Both the position numbers and the translations under genes were made by a program. The notes beneath the pieces were generated by a model, which saw only the letters and a program-made list of their open reading frames with translations, was not told the DNA's origin and did no database searches. From the NCBI GenBank assembly GCA_964464475.1, contig CAYXGG010000006.1, positions 16,305 through 80,304 of the forward strand: DNA of 64,000 nucleotides, given 5' to 3'. The stretch comes from an uncultured Planctomycetales bacterium (lineage in GTDB: Bacteria > Omnitrophota > Gorgyraeia > Zapsychrales > JAHFFX01). Each line of letters opens with the position of its first letter. Position 1 is the stretch's first letter. This document shows, in pieces, positions 30,079 to 40,583 of the stretch.

Positions 30079-31270
30079 AAGAACCGCCTAGGTCATTGCT
30101 TCGTCTCGAAAGCAAATTTCTCCTCGTTTCTTGATAAGGCTGATTCAATATGAGCTTAGCAATGTTGAGGGCCGAATCAGGATGCCCTTGACTAAGAGCG
30201 GCCAAGCGCATGCGCTCGAGCTGTTCGGGTTTGCGTAACAACAGCTCTACCTCCTCCCCGACATCACTGGAGACATCCACGTGAATGGCGATGCCGTTTT
30301 GTAACAGAAAATCCGTATTGCGCATTTCCTGTCCGGGGAGCGGATCAACGATAACCATGGGCAACCCCTTAGCCAAACATTCCGACGTCGTCATACCGCC
30401 CGGCTTGGTTATGATTAAATGAGCGACCTCCATCAAATCCTCAACGTAATTCACATAATCAAAGACCACGAGCTTCTTGTCATCCGGGACTGGAAATCGT
30501 TTCAACCATTTGATTAATTTCTTATTGATACCGGCGGTCACCATCACTTGAGAGGGTAAGGACATCTTCAACAAAGACTTGACGACTTGCTTAATGGGAC
30601 CCAACCCCTGCCCACCCCCCATGATCAAAATAATGGGTCGATCTAAATCAACCCCCAACTTTTTCGCTAAGTTCTTGCGGTCTTTCTTAATAGAAAAATT
30701 AGCATGAATTGGGATACCAAATAATTTGACTTTCTGAGGAGAAACGCCTTTAGAGATAAATCGAAACCGAGCGTCTTCAGAAGGAACGACATAATGATCC
30801 ACTCCCTCGTTGATCCAGTAAGAATGCGGCGCATAGTCAGTCAAAACCCCCACCAGCGTTAACGGTAAATGATGGGCCATTTTGTAATCGGCGATCATGC
30901 CACAGGGGAAAGCCTGTGTGCAAATGACCGTATCCGGAGAAAATTCTTTGAATAACTTGTCGAGTTTTTGGTGGCTGGTCTTGTGGAGGTACTTTTTTAG
31001 ACCTTCCGAACGTTTAAAGACCTTTGGGTTATCATAAAGAAAATCCCAGACTTTAGGGGTGCTTTTGATAATGCTCATGTACGCCTGATTAACCACTTTC
31101 TCCAACAAAGGATAAGTGTAACCAAAACCATTAATGCTCATGACCTCCACGGTCGGATCCAACAGCTTGATGGCCTGTTCAATCGCGACCGTCGCGGCGC
31201 GATGCCCGGACACCTTGGTGATGTACATTAAAAGAACGCGTCTGGCTTTGGATATTTCGTAAACAGACAT
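30053..31270 (-). CDS. GT28-family glycosyltransferase, MGDG synthase / UgtP-like
   Basis: 405 aa; N-terminal MGDG-synthase-like domain and C-terminal GT28 domain (ITKPGGMTTSEC). Confidence 0.7.
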   Translation of the reverse strand: MSVYEISKARRVLLMYITKVSGHRAATVAIEQAIKLLDPTVEVMSINGFGYTYPLLEKVVNQAYMSIIKSTPKVWDFLYDNPKVFKRSEGLKKYLHKTSHQKLDKLFKEFSPDTVICTQAFPCGMIADYKMAHHLPLTLVGVLTDYAPHSYWINEGVDHYVVPSEDARFRFISKGVSPQKVKLFGIPIHANFSIKKDRKNLAKKLGVDLDRPIILIMGGGQGLGPIKQVVKSLLKMSLPSQVMVTAGINKKLIKWLKRFPVPDDKKLVVFDYVNYVEDLMEVAHLIITKPGGMTTSECLAKGLPMVIVDPLPGQEMRNTDFLLQNGIAIHVDVSSDVGEEVELLLRKPEQLERMRLAALSQGHPDSALNIAKLILNQPYQETRRNLLSRRSNDLGGSFEAALKDV

Positions 31271-31524
31271 TACGCGAGCATTGCCAGAGAATCGCCAATA
31301 GCAGCGTTCTGGCCCTCTGGGATTAAAATTTTCTCTATGACGCCGGAAACCGGAGCTGGAATGGCGAAGGTAGCTTTATCGGTCACGACCTCGACTAGAT
31401 CCTGATCCGCGGCAACGGAATCACCTTCTTTAACATGCCAACAGGCAACAGTGGCTTGCTTGATGCCTTCACCTAGTTCCGGTAAGAGTACTGCGCTCAT
31501 TTTAGAAGTCGACATAGGGAACAC
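31270..31524 (-). CDS. stand-alone lipoyl-attachment domain protein
   Basis: 76-84 aa (alternative start Met at 31500); LPELGEGI...VVTDKATFAIPAPVSGVI with the conserved lipoyl-Lys in TDKA. Confidence 0.6.
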   Translation of the reverse strand: MFPMSTSKMSAVLLPELGEGIKQATVACWHVKEGDSVAADQDLVEVVTDKATFAIPAPVSGVIEKILIPEGQNAAIGDSLAMLA

Positions 31525-31530
31525 CCTGGT

Positions 31531-32184
31531 TCAAGATAAAAATTGGTGGTTAAAACGCTCTCGAAAACGGACCTTCACTTCCGCAAGCGAAATAACATTT
31601 TTTAATTCGCGTTTAAGCGAAGTCATCGACACATCTAACCCGCAAGGTCGAATGAGCTTAAAGAGCTCAAGATCGGAATTAACGTTAAGGGCCAGGCCGT
31701 GATAAGAAACCCACTTTTTGACCCCCACTCCGATCGAAGCGATCTTATTTTTGCCGACCCAAACCCCCGTTAATCCTTTCAAACTATTAGCCAATATACC
31801 AAAATCTTTTAATAAATCAATCGTAACCTCCTCGAGTTTTCGCAAATACCCGTGAAGATCCTTACCGCGCTTATCTAAACGTAAAATGGGATAAACTACC
31901 AATTGCCCGGGACAATGCAAGGTTACTTCGCCACCCCGATCTATGTCGATGACCTCTACCTTATGTCGGGCTAATTCTTCGGAAGGGACTAAAATATGTT
32001 CTCTTTTAGCCAAACGCCCGAGCGTCAAGACTGGCGGATGTTCACAAAAGAAAACTCTTTCTTCACCACCTGATAAAACTTGCAAAACCGCCTCTTTTTG
32101 GACCTGCCAGGCTTGAGCATAGTCGATGAGACCCAAATCAATAATGTTCTGGCCAACTAAGGGGTTGGAAATGATCTTTTCCAA
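31531..32184 (-). CDS. lipB: octanoyltransferase LipB
   Basis: 217 aa; the catalytic Cys-Lys pair context PCG and KK match the LipB family. Confidence 0.85.
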   Translation of the reverse strand: MEKIISNPLVGQNIIDLGLIDYAQAWQVQKEAVLQVLSGGEERVFFCEHPPVLTLGRLAKREHILVPSEELARHKVEVIDIDRGGEVTLHCPGQLVVYPILRLDKRGKDLHGYLRKLEEVTIDLLKDFGILANSLKGLTGVWVGKNKIASIGVGVKKWVSYHGLALNVNSDLELFKLIRPCGLDVSMTSLKRELKNVISLAEVKVRFRERFNHQFLS

Positions 32185-32260
32185 TAAAATATCCTCTCAA
32201 TAATGATAATCCCCCGGACCAAGATTAATTTCTTTGCCGGGGGAAAATAAGGAATAAAAA

Positions 32261-33340
32261 TTAACGCAATTGGCGGCAGATCGCGTCTGCCATTTCCCTG
32301 GTACCAACCGCTGAGGGATCATTGCGATCAGACTTGAGATCATAGGTCACGTCCTTACCTTCTTTAATGACGGCCCGAACAGCTTTTTCAAGACGATTGG
32401 CCGCGTCAAGCTCTCCCAAATGTTTAAGCATTAGGCACCCGGAGAGAATCGTCGCGGTAGGATTGACTTTATTTTTTCCCGCGTATTTGGGAGCAGAACC
32501 GTGAACGGGTTCAAATAGCGCGATGCCATCCCCCATGTTAGCTCCGGGAGCAATCCCTAACCCGCCAATCAGACCAGCGCACAGATCAGACACGATGTCA
32601 CCGTACAAATTAGGCAGCACCAGAACGTCAAAAAAATCCGGCCGCTGAACTAGCTGCATGCACATATTATCCACGATGACATCTTCAAATTGAATCTTGC
32701 CTTCATACTCTTTGGCCACTTCTTGAGCAGTCTTCAGAAATAATCCATCAGAGAACTTCATGATGTTAGCCTTATGCACGGCGGTCACTTTACGACGCTT
32801 ATGTTGAACCGCGTAATCAAACGCGTACTTAACAATTCGCCGCGAAGCGGAAATTGAAATCGGTTTAATCGAAATCGCGGCATCCGACTTGATCTGCCGG
32901 GGCTGCAGACTGTTGATTTCTTTAATCAGCTGTTTGGCTTGATCAGTACCGACATCAAATTCTATCCCCGCGTAAAGGTCTTCCGTATTCTCGCGAAAAA
33001 TCACTAAATCCACGCCTTTTACCGCCTTAGCTCCTTCAAAGGATTGGCAAGGACGAACGCACGCAAACAAATCTAAAGCCTGGCGTAACGCCACGTTAAC
33101 CGAACGAAAACCTTTACCAATCGGAGTCACGATCGGACCTTTAATGGCGACTTTCGACTTTCTAATGGCATCCAAGACGTGATCAGGCAAGGGTGTTCCG
33201 TACTTTTGAATCGCGAATTCACCTACGGGCTGCTCATCCCATTCCACTTTAACGCCGGTCGCTTCAATACACTTCTTCATGGCAGCGGCGACTTCCGGCC
33301 CGATGCCATCGCCGGGTAATAATGTAACCTGATAACTCAT
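32261..33340 (-). CDS. isocitrate/isopropylmalate dehydrogenase family, likely NAD-dependent isocitrate dehydrogenase
   Basis: 359 aa; [32 protein letters not shown] motifs. Confidence 0.8.
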   Translation of the reverse strand: MSYQVTLLPGDGIGPEVAAAMKKCIEATGVKVEWDEQPVGEFAIQKYGTPLPDHVLDAIRKSKVAIKGPIVTPIGKGFRSVNVALRQALDLFACVRPCQSFEGAKAVKGVDLVIFRENTEDLYAGIEFDVGTDQAKQLIKEINSLQPRQIKSDAAISIKPISISASRRIVKYAFDYAVQHKRRKVTAVHKANIMKFSDGLFLKTAQEVAKEYEGKIQFEDVIVDNMCMQLVQRPDFFDVLVLPNLYGDIVSDLCAGLIGGLGIAPGANMGDGIALFEPVHGSAPKYAGKNKVNPTATILSGCLMLKHLGELDAANRLEKAVRAVIKEGKDVTYDLKSDRNDPSAVGTREMADAICRQLR

Positions 33341-33379
33341 ATGATTCCTAATCCTTCCTGCGATTAACTGAATTTTAAA

Positions 33380-34465
33380 TTATTTTTTAGTTTGAGTTTT
33401 GGCGTTCTGATTCACAGCCAACAACTGCTTAAACTCTTCAACATTTTTGACTTTAGCGAGAGCCGTCTCATACGCAATCGCCCCCTGTAAATACAAATCC
33501 CGCAAGGAACGATCCATCGTACGCATGCCATATTGACTCCCCGTCTGAATAGCGGTCGGAATTTGTTCAATCGCCTGTTCACGGATGAGATTGCGTACTC
33601 CTGGAGTTGCAATCATGATTTCTGTGGCCACGATTCGCCCTTCTCCCTGTGCCCGAGGAAGCAACAATTGGGACACAACTCCTTGCAAACAGGACGCCAG
33701 CTGTAACTTGACCTGCTGCTGCTGATGAGCTGGGAAAACGTCAATAATACGTTCAATCGTTTGTGGAGCGTCCGGTGTGTGCAGCGTAGCCAAAACCAAG
33801 TGTCCCGTTTCTGCTGCGGTCAACGCCGTCGAAATAGTTTCCAAGTCGCGCATTTCTCCGACTACAATAACGTTCGGATCTTGACGCATACACCGTTTTA
33901 ATGCGTCCGAAAAAGAATGCGTATCACTGTAAACTTCGCGTTGTTTGATGATTGATTTTTTATTGGAGTGAATATATTCGATAGGATCTTCAATCAGGAC
34001 GATGAGTGCCGCCCGCTCTTGGTTGATCAAATTGATCATACCCGCCAAAGTCGTTGTTTTACCATTTCCCGTTGGCCCGGTGACCAGCACCAGCCCATTA
34101 GGACGCCTGGCCAATTCAGGAACAATCTCCGGCAAACCTAAATCAGTAATGTCCGGGACAAATAGCGGAATGCGACGAAAAGCAGCTTCCACCGAGCCTC
34201 GCTGGACATGCACATTAACACGAAAACGATCCAACCCGGATATGGCCAACGAAATGTCTAATTCTCGATCTTTTTCAAATTTTTCTTTTTGTTCATCCGC
34301 AAGAATTCCATAAATCATTTTCTTCATCGCATCACGATTTAAAGGTTCAAGCTTGGTCAACTGCAAACGCCCGTCGATTCTTAAAACAGGCGGAGTATCC
34401 TCCGTTAAATGCAAATCGGAAGCACGCTCCTGAATCGCCAATAATAACAGTTCACGCAGTTCCAT
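33380..34465 (-). CDS. pilT: type IV pilus retraction ATPase PilT
   Basis: 361 aa; Walker A GPTGNGKTTT, GEMRD, AAETGHLV PilT signature. Confidence 0.9.
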   Translation of the reverse strand: MELRELLLLAIQERASDLHLTEDTPPVLRIDGRLQLTKLEPLNRDAMKKMIYGILADEQKEKFEKDRELDISLAISGLDRFRVNVHVQRGSVEAAFRRIPLFVPDITDLGLPEIVPELARRPNGLVLVTGPTGNGKTTTLAGMINLINQERAALIVLIEDPIEYIHSNKKSIIKQREVYSDTHSFSDALKRCMRQDPNVIVVGEMRDLETISTALTAAETGHLVLATLHTPDAPQTIERIIDVFPAHQQQQVKLQLASCLQGVVSQLLLPRAQGEGRIVATEIMIATPGVRNLIREQAIEQIPTAIQTGSQYGMRTMDRSLRDLYLQGAIAYETALAKVKNVEEFKQLLAVNQNAKTQTKK

Positions 34466-34531
34466 GTTGAACGCTCCTTGGGATATTTGGTTTAAAAAAT
34501 TTCTGAATATGAATCTATACGGAGGAAGGCC

Positions 34532-35707
34532 TTACGGCAGGATGAGCTTTTCTTTGGCAATCCATTCACCAAGTCGCTTCAAACCTTCTTTGATGCGTTC
34601 CTGAGAGGTCGCGAAACTTAACCGAATATGTCCAGGCGCGCCAAAGCCTTCTCCGGGGATTACGGCAACGTTTACATCATCAAGCAACCGTTTGGCGACC
34701 ACATTAGCATCCGCAGCGACGCGCGTCAAGTCACAAAACACATAAAATGCTCCTTGCGGACGAACATAACTAATAGCGGGGATTTTATCTAAACATTGCA
34801 ACATTAAATTTCGGCGCGCTTCAAATTCTCGACACATGGCCCGAACTGTCTCCTCCGGAGCTTTGAGAGCGGCTACCGCGGCCGCTTGACTGATGGAAGT
34901 CGGGTTGGAAGTAGAATGATCCTGAAATTTGTTGATGGCTTCAATAATAGGCTTTGGTCCGGCGCAATATCCGATTCGCCACCCTGTCATTGAATACGCT
35001 TTAGAAACTCCGTTGACCGTCATGGTTAAGTCATAAATTTCTTTTCCCAACGATGCCAGCGACGTAAACATCAACCCATCGTAAACCAATTTTTCGTAAA
35101 TCTCATCACTAATCACGTAAAGATGATGTTTAACACAAATTTCGGCGATGGCCTCCAACTCAGATTTTGAGTAAACCGAACCCGTTGGGTTGGAGGGCGA
35201 ACACACAATGAGAATTTTTGATTTGGGAGTGATAACTTTTTGCAGATCTTGAGGCGTGATTTTAAAATTATTTTTTGCCGTCGTAGGCAACACTTTGACC
35301 ACGGCACCGGCAGCCTTGACCATCTCCGGATAGCTGACCCAGTAGGGTGCGGGGATAATGACTTCCTCGCCCTCATCGGCTAATACCTGAATAATATTAT
35401 AAATGGCATGCTTCGCCCCACAGGAAACAGCAACCTGCGAAGGTTGGTAGGAAAGGTTGTTATCTTTTAAGAATTTGGCAGCGATGGTTTCCCTAAGCTG
35501 GGGAGTGCCGATGCTGGGGGTATACTTCGTAAATCCGTCTTGAATCGCCTTGATGGCGGCTTGCTTAATAAAATCCGGGGTATCAAAATCTGGTTCGCCC
35601 GCGGCAAAACTGACAACATCTTTGCCCTGGCTTAAAAGCTCTTTAGCCCTGGCGGTGATCGCCAGGGTCGTTGAGCCAACCAGCTCTTTAATCCGCCGGT
35701 TTATCAT
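34532..35707 (-). CDS. aspC: aspartate/aromatic aminotransferase (class I PLP)
   Basis: 391 aa; PLP-Lys motif SKAYSMTGWR. Confidence 0.85.
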   Translation of the reverse strand: MINRRIKELVGSTTLAITARAKELLSQGKDVVSFAAGEPDFDTPDFIKQAAIKAIQDGFTKYTPSIGTPQLRETIAAKFLKDNNLSYQPSQVAVSCGAKHAIYNIIQVLADEGEEVIIPAPYWVSYPEMVKAAGAVVKVLPTTAKNNFKITPQDLQKVITPKSKILIVCSPSNPTGSVYSKSELEAIAEICVKHHLYVISDEIYEKLVYDGLMFTSLASLGKEIYDLTMTVNGVSKAYSMTGWRIGYCAGPKPIIEAINKFQDHSTSNPTSISQAAAVAALKAPEETVRAMCREFEARRNLMLQCLDKIPAISYVRPQGAFYVFCDLTRVAADANVVAKRLLDDVNVAVIPGEGFGAPGHIRLSFATSQERIKEGLKRLGEWIAKEKLILP

Positions 35708-35740
35708 CAGATTAATTGAATTTTATATAAGTTCGGTAAA

Positions 35741-36352
35741 TTACTTACCGCCTGAAGGCTTGTTTCCAAAAATCTTCTTAATGCCCGAAACAATGTTCCC
35801 GGAAGGTTTGGCTTTTTCTTCTTTCACGGGCCGTTGTTCAGCTCGAGGTAAAGCTTTTTTTGGTTCCGGTTTAGATGGTTTTTTAGGTTCAGCCACCTTC
35901 GCTTTTTCCGTTTTGGCCGCAGGTTTCTTTTCGGCGGCATCCGGTTTGGCGCCCTTGGCTACGGCATCGGTTTTAGGCTTAGATACGATGATTTCCGACT
36001 TTTCCGTCAGTTCAAGATAAACCAATTGAGCGTTATCCCCTCGACGAAAACCTAGTGGGATAATCCGAGTATAACCCCCTTGACGGGTATTAAAACGCTT
36101 AGCGATATTATCAAAAAGTTCTTTAACCAAATTGTGATCAACCAAAATGGCAAAGGCACGTCGCTTATGCGCGAGGGTTCCCTTTTTCCCAAGAGTAATC
36201 AATTTTTCAACTAATTTACGAGCTTCCTTCGCCTTCGCCTTCGTGGTTAAGATACGCTGACGCAGCAGCGTCGCTTTAGCCATATCGCGAATCGTGGCCT
36301 TACGTAAACTTTGATTTCTTCCTAATCGATTTCCAGCAACGCCGTGTCTCAT
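35741..36352 (-). CDS. rplQ: 50S ribosomal protein L17 with about 85-aa Lys/Ala/Pro-rich C-terminal extension
   Basis: Conserved L17 core for the N-terminal 115 aa, then an AKGAKPDAAEKKPAAKTEKAK... tail. Confidence 0.9.
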   Translation of the reverse strand: MRHGVAGNRLGRNQSLRKATIRDMAKATLLRQRILTTKAKAKEARKLVEKLITLGKKGTLAHKRRAFAILVDHNLVKELFDNIAKRFNTRQGGYTRIIPLGFRRGDNAQLVYLELTEKSEIIVSKPKTDAVAKGAKPDAAEKKPAAKTEKAKVAEPKKPSKPEPKKALPRAEQRPVKEEKAKPSGNIVSGIKKIFGNKPSGGK

Positions 36353-36353
36353 G

Positions 36354-37346
36354 TTATTCCTTCTTCTTTAATTTCTTAACATCGACTTTCATTCCCAAAC
36401 CTAAATTCATCGCTTTAAGCAAATCACCAATTTCGGTCAATGATTTCTTACCAAAATTACGAAAGCTCAAAAGTTCGGCTTCGGTTTTGCGAACCAGGTC
36501 GGAAATCGTCTTAATGTTGGCTTCTTTTAAACAGTTAGAGCTTCGCACCGACAATTCCAGTTCGGAAATCGGCAATCGTAATTTTTCATATAACGCTTGC
36601 TCTTCAGCCGTAATTTCCTCTTCTTCTTCCTCTTCTTCCGGCAGCTGACCATAGCTGACAAACACATCGAGGTGACGCTGCATAATATTAGCGCCATAGA
36701 GTAATGCTTCTTTCGGATTAATACTCCCGTTGGTCCAGATTTCAATGATCAAACGATCATAATCCGTACGTTGACCAACGCGGGTATTTTCGACAAAGAA
36801 GTTCACTTTATTGATCGGAGTGAAAATTGAATCGACCGCAATAGTACCCACGGTTTGTAAATCTTTTTTATTGAGATCCGCCGGCACATAACCTCGACCA
36901 CGAGAAATCTCCAATTCCATATGAAATTGAGTGTCCCGCGTCAAAGTCGCGATATGTAAGTCGGGGTTAATGATCTCAATCGTTTCATCGCAAATTATAT
37001 CTTTAGCTTTGATTTCGCCTTTCTTCTCGGCCTTAATATAAATCGTTTTTGGGGCTTTGGAATGGGCTCTTAAAACTACGTTTTTGACATTCAAAACAAT
37101 TTCCGTGACCTGCTCTAAAACTCCGGGTATCGTGGAAAATTCGTGTTGTACCCCATCAATACGGATGGCGGTAACAGCGGCTCCCTCGATGGAAGAAAGC
37201 AAAATCCGGCGCAGGGAATTTCCGAGAGTTACCCCGTAGCCTCTTTCAAACGGTTCGGCGATAAACTTACCGTAAAACTGAGTATAACTTTGTTCATCGC
37301 AATCGAGCCTTTTGGGCATCTGAAAATCTCGCCATTTAATTCCCAT
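36354..37346 (-). CDS. rpoA: DNA-directed RNA polymerase alpha subunit
   Basis: Start chosen at MGIKWRDFQMPK (the track's N-terminal extension overlaps rpsD); E8 acidic linker before the alpha-CTD. Confidence 0.95.
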   Translation of the reverse strand: MGIKWRDFQMPKRLDCDEQSYTQFYGKFIAEPFERGYGVTLGNSLRRILLSSIEGAAVTAIRIDGVQHEFSTIPGVLEQVTEIVLNVKNVVLRAHSKAPKTIYIKAEKKGEIKAKDIICDETIEIINPDLHIATLTRDTQFHMELEISRGRGYVPADLNKKDLQTVGTIAVDSIFTPINKVNFFVENTRVGQRTDYDRLIIEIWTNGSINPKEALLYGANIMQRHLDVFVSYGQLPEEEEEEEEITAEEQALYEKLRLPISELELSVRSSNCLKEANIKTISDLVRKTEAELLSFRNFGKKSLTEIGDLLKAMNLGLGMKVDVKKLKKKE

Positions 37347-37401
37347 GTTTTCCTCCTGTTGACTTTCTTTAAGAAAATATTTAGTCGCTGAACCTGAACC
37401 C

Positions 37402-38031
37402 TTACATGGAATAAAGTTCAACGATGAGCTGCTCGTTGACGGGATACGTAATGTCCTCACGCTGCGGAAATCGCGCGACCTTTCCCTTATAGTGATCCTT
37501 GTCTACCACCAGCCACGCAGGAGCTGTTCGGCTTCCGGAGGCTTCGATGTTCTCTTTAACATTCTTTACACCACGATCCTGTTTAAACTTAAGTTCAATC
37601 TCATCGTGCTCATGCACTAAGAAAGAAGGAATATTGACCCGTTGATCGTTCACGTTTACAAAACCGTGCGAGACCATTTGCCGGGCTTCCGAACGGGAAG
37701 TCGCAAAACCCATTTGGTAAATCACATTATCCAGACGTCTTTCCAAAAACTGCAAAAGGATGGAACCGGTAACACCCTTCGTCCTTGCGGCCTTGTTAAA
37801 ATAATTACGGAATTGTTTTTCTAAAATCCCGTAAATTCTTTTAACTTTTTGCTTTTCGCGCATCTGCAAACCATAGTTTGATAACTTGGGACGTTTGGCA
37901 CCGTGTTGCCCAGGAGCATAATCGCGACGTTCCAAAGCACATTTATGGGTATAGCAGCGAGTCCCTTTTAAGAAAAGTTTCTCACCTTCCCGACGACACA
38001 ACCGACAGCTCGAACCTAAATCTCTGGCCAT
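37402..38031 (-). CDS. rpsD: 30S ribosomal protein S4
   Basis: 209 aa; CRLCRREG zinc-type N-terminus. Confidence 0.95.
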   Translation of the reverse strand: MARDLGSSCRLCRREGEKLFLKGTRCYTHKCALERRDYAPGQHGAKRPKLSNYGLQMREKQKVKRIYGILEKQFRNYFNKAARTKGVTGSILLQFLERRLDNVIYQMGFATSRSEARQMVSHGFVNVNDQRVNIPSFLVHEHDEIELKFKQDRGVKNVKENIEASGSRTAPAWLVVDKDHYKGKVARFPQREDITYPVNEQLIVELYSM

Positions 38032-38045
38032 TATTCGCTTCCTTT

Positions 38046-38432
38046 TTAAACTCTGCGTTTTTTACGGGCCCGGCAACCGTTGTGCGGCATTGGGGTCACG
38101 TCTTTAATTGAATTAATCATCAACCCCGCAGCTTGCACCGCGCGGATAGCTGATTCCCGTCCAGATCCCGGTCCTTTGACCAGGACATCCACCGTCAATA
38201 AACCTAATTCCTTGGCTTTACGGGCCGCTTCGCCTGCTGCGACTTGAGCCGCAAAAGGGGTGGATTTCTTTGAACCGCTAAAACCCACAATACCCGGAGA
38301 TGACCAAACGATCACATTGCCATTTCTATCCGTGATTGAAACAATAGTATTGTTGAAGCTGGCCTGGATGTGCACGATGCCGCTCGTGACACCCTTTAAA
38401 TTCTTTTTTTTCGCTTTATCACCTTTTGCCAT
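38046..38432 (-). CDS. rpsK: 30S ribosomal protein S11
   Basis: 128 aa; canonical sequence. Confidence 0.95.
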   Translation of the reverse strand: MAKGDKAKKKNLKGVTSGIVHIQASFNNTIVSITDRNGNVIVWSSPGIVGFSGSKKSTPFAAQVAAGEAARKAKELGLLTVDVLVKGPGSGRESAIRAVQAAGLMINSIKDVTPMPHNGCRARKKRRV

Positions 38433-38452
38433 GATAATCCTCTCTCAAATTT

Positions 38453-38839
38453 CTATTTCTTTTCAGCCGTAGGTTTAAGCAAAGCGGCCAAGTTTCTCTT
38501 TTTTCCCTTACGCGTGCGGGCGTTGGTTTTGGTTCGCTGGCCGCGAGAAGGCAAACCCTTCTTGTGCCGGGCGCCACGGTAAGAACCCGTATCAATCAAC
38601 CGTTTGATGTTCTGCTGAACTTCCCGACGTAGATCACCTTCTACACGATAATTTTTTTGGATAATTCCGGTAATGCGGGAAATTTCATCTTCCGTTAAAT
38701 CTTTCGCGCGACGATTAAAATCAATCTTCGCATCAGCTAAAATTCTACGGGCGGTAGTTAAACCAATTCCATACAGATACGGAAGCGCCGCGTCAATTTT
38801 CTTCTCTTTGGGAATATCAACACCAAGAATTCTGGGCAT
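38453..38839 (-). CDS. rpsM: 30S ribosomal protein S13
   Basis: 128 aa; canonical sequence. Confidence 0.95.
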   Translation of the reverse strand: MPRILGVDIPKEKKIDAALPYLYGIGLTTARRILADAKIDFNRRAKDLTEDEISRITGIIQKNYRVEGDLRREVQQNIKRLIDTGSYRGARHKKGLPSRGQRTKTNARTRKGKKRNLAALLKPTAEKK

Positions 38840-38851
38840 AGTTTACAATCC

Positions 38852-38965
38852 TTATCCTTGTCGCTGTTTATGCTTCGGGTTTTCACAAATCACCCGGACC
38901 ACATTTCTACGGCGAATGACTTTACATTTACTGCAAATTCGACGAACCGATGATTTAACTTTCAT
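38852..38965 (-). CDS. rpmJ: 50S ribosomal protein L36
   Basis: 37-aa ORF missing from the track: [37 protein letters not shown]. Confidence 0.85.
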   Translation of the reverse strand: MKVKSSVRRICSKCKVIRRRNVVRVICENPKHKQRQG

Positions 38966-38966
38966 T

Positions 38967-39185
38967 TTACTTGTTCCGATACGTTATCCTGCCACGGGTT
39001 AAATCGTAAGGCGAAAGCTCCACTTTCACCTTGTCACCGGGAAGTATGCGGATAAAATGCATCCGAATTTTCCCCGAAATATGCGCCAACACCTTATGAC
39101 CGTTATCGAGCTCAACACGAAACATCGCGTTGGGCAACGCTTCTAAAATAGTACCCTCAACTTCAATGAGATCTTCTTTGGCCAT
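38967..39185 (-). CDS. infA: translation initiation factor IF-1
   Basis: 72 aa; canonical sequence. Confidence 0.95.
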   Translation of the reverse strand: MAKEDLIEVEGTILEALPNAMFRVELDNGHKVLAHISGKIRMHFIRILPGDKVKVELSPYDLTRGRITYRNK

Positions 39186-39187
39186 TC

Positions 39188-39931
39188 TTACTTAGTCAAA
39201 ATCTCAGGACCGTCACCCGTTATGGCAACGGTATGTTCAAAATGGGCTGATGGTTTCCCATCCGCGGTAACAACAGTCCAACCATCCTCCAATACCCTGG
39301 TTTCCCAGCTACCCACGTTAACCATGGGCTCAATGGCAAAAACCATTCCTTCTTTTAAAACCGGACCCTGATGAGGTTCGCCAAAATTGGGAATCTCCGG
39401 ATCTTCATGCAGAGCGCGACCTATGCCATGCCCTACAAAATCACGAACCACCGAGAAATTATTCAGCTCTACGAACTTCTGCACCGCGTGGGATATATCC
39501 GAGACATGATTTCCGATCTTCGCCTCAGCAATTCCCTTAAACAACGATGTTTCCGTAACCTCCAGGAGTTTCTTTAAGCGGGCATCAATCTTACCGAGCC
39601 CGACGGAAAAGGCGCTGTCTGAATAAAAATCTTCCCGAATGATACCTAAATCGACACTAACGATGTCACCGTCCTTAAGGATTCGGGAACCAGGAATGCC
39701 ATGAACCACTTCATGGTTGATGGAAATGCAGGTACTCCCAGGAAAACCTCGATATCCCTTAAAGGCTGGCCTGACTTTACGGCTTAGCATGGCTTTTTCA
39801 GCTAGCGCATCCAGCTCTTGAGTCGACATCCCAATTTTTAAAGAACGCTTTACTTCCGCCACAATTTCGGCCAGAACTTTTCCAGCCTTGCGCAATAAAT
39901 CAAGCTCTTGTTTTGTTTTGAGCGTAATCAA
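39188..39931 (-). CDS. map: methionine aminopeptidase type I
   Basis: 247 aa; metal ligands; overlaps the adk 3' end by 32 nt. Confidence 0.9.
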   Translation of the reverse strand: MITLKTKQELDLLRKAGKVLAEIVAEVKRSLKIGMSTQELDALAEKAMLSRKVRPAFKGYRGFPGSTCISINHEVVHGIPGSRILKDGDIVSVDLGIIREDFYSDSAFSVGLGKIDARLKKLLEVTETSLFKGIAEAKIGNHVSDISHAVQKFVELNNFSVVRDFVGHGIGRALHEDPEIPNFGEPHQGPVLKEGMVFAIEPMVNVGSWETRVLEDGWTVVTADGKPSAHFEHTVAITGDGPEILTK

Positions 39932-40583
39932 ATTTTCCGTCGTCCGCGAATTTTTTCAACAAGATAACCTGAACCTCAGGAGCATCTTGATCCGAGTTAA
40001 CCGGAAGCAATTTTCTTTGTTTTCGATAATATTCCACAATGGGTGCCGTATTGGTTGCGTATTCACTCATACGGGTTTTGATCGTCGCCTCATTATCATC
40101 CGCTCTTTGGTAAAGCGGCCCCTGACATTGATCACAAACGCCCTCTTTTTTGGGGGGACGATTTTTCGTATGATATAGCGCTCCGCAAGCTTTACAAACC
40201 CGGCGGCCCGTTAACCGGAATAAAATAACCGGCAAAGTGGCTTCCATCGAAATAACGTAATCAAGCGGCTGCTTGATTTCATTCAAGATTTTATCTAAAT
40301 CCTGGGCTTGAGTAACAGTTCTAGGAAAACCATCCAATAGGTACCCTTGCTTGGGATCAACAGCCTTCAGCCGGTTCGCCACAATCTTGGTCACCACTTC
40401 ATCTGGAACTAACTTACCATGATCGACGTAGGACTTTAATTCTTGGCCCAACGGGGTTCCTTTTTTCATTTCCTCGCGGAAAATATCACCCGTTGATATG
40501 TGAATGATCTTTAAATCACTTTTAAGTAATTCCGCCTGCGTTCCTTTTCCAGCTCCAGGTGGTCCTAACAAAACGAGCTTCAT
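39900..40583 (-). CDS. adk: adenylate kinase (zinc-lid type)
   Basis: 227 aa; GPPGAGKGTQ P-loop; CKAC...CDQC lid. Confidence 0.95.
   Translation of the reverse strand: MKLVLLGPPGAGKGTQAELLKSDLKIIHISTGDIFREEMKKGTPLGQELKSYVDHGKLVPDEVVTKIVANRLKAVDPKQGYLLDGFPRTVTQAQDLDKILNEIKQPLDYVISMEATLPVILFRLTGRRVCKACGALYHTKNRPPKKEGVCDQCQGPLYQRADDNEATIKTRMSEYATNTAPIVEYYRKQRKLLPVNSDQDAPEVQVILLKKFADDGKFDYAQNKTRA

Noticed and set aside
36354-37460. Long N-terminal extension of rpoA, with the internal ORF 36527-36745
   Set aside because: The extension overlaps rpsD and is not alpha-subunit-like; MGIKWRDF at 37346 matches canonical alpha N-termini. The internal ORF is an off-frame artefact.
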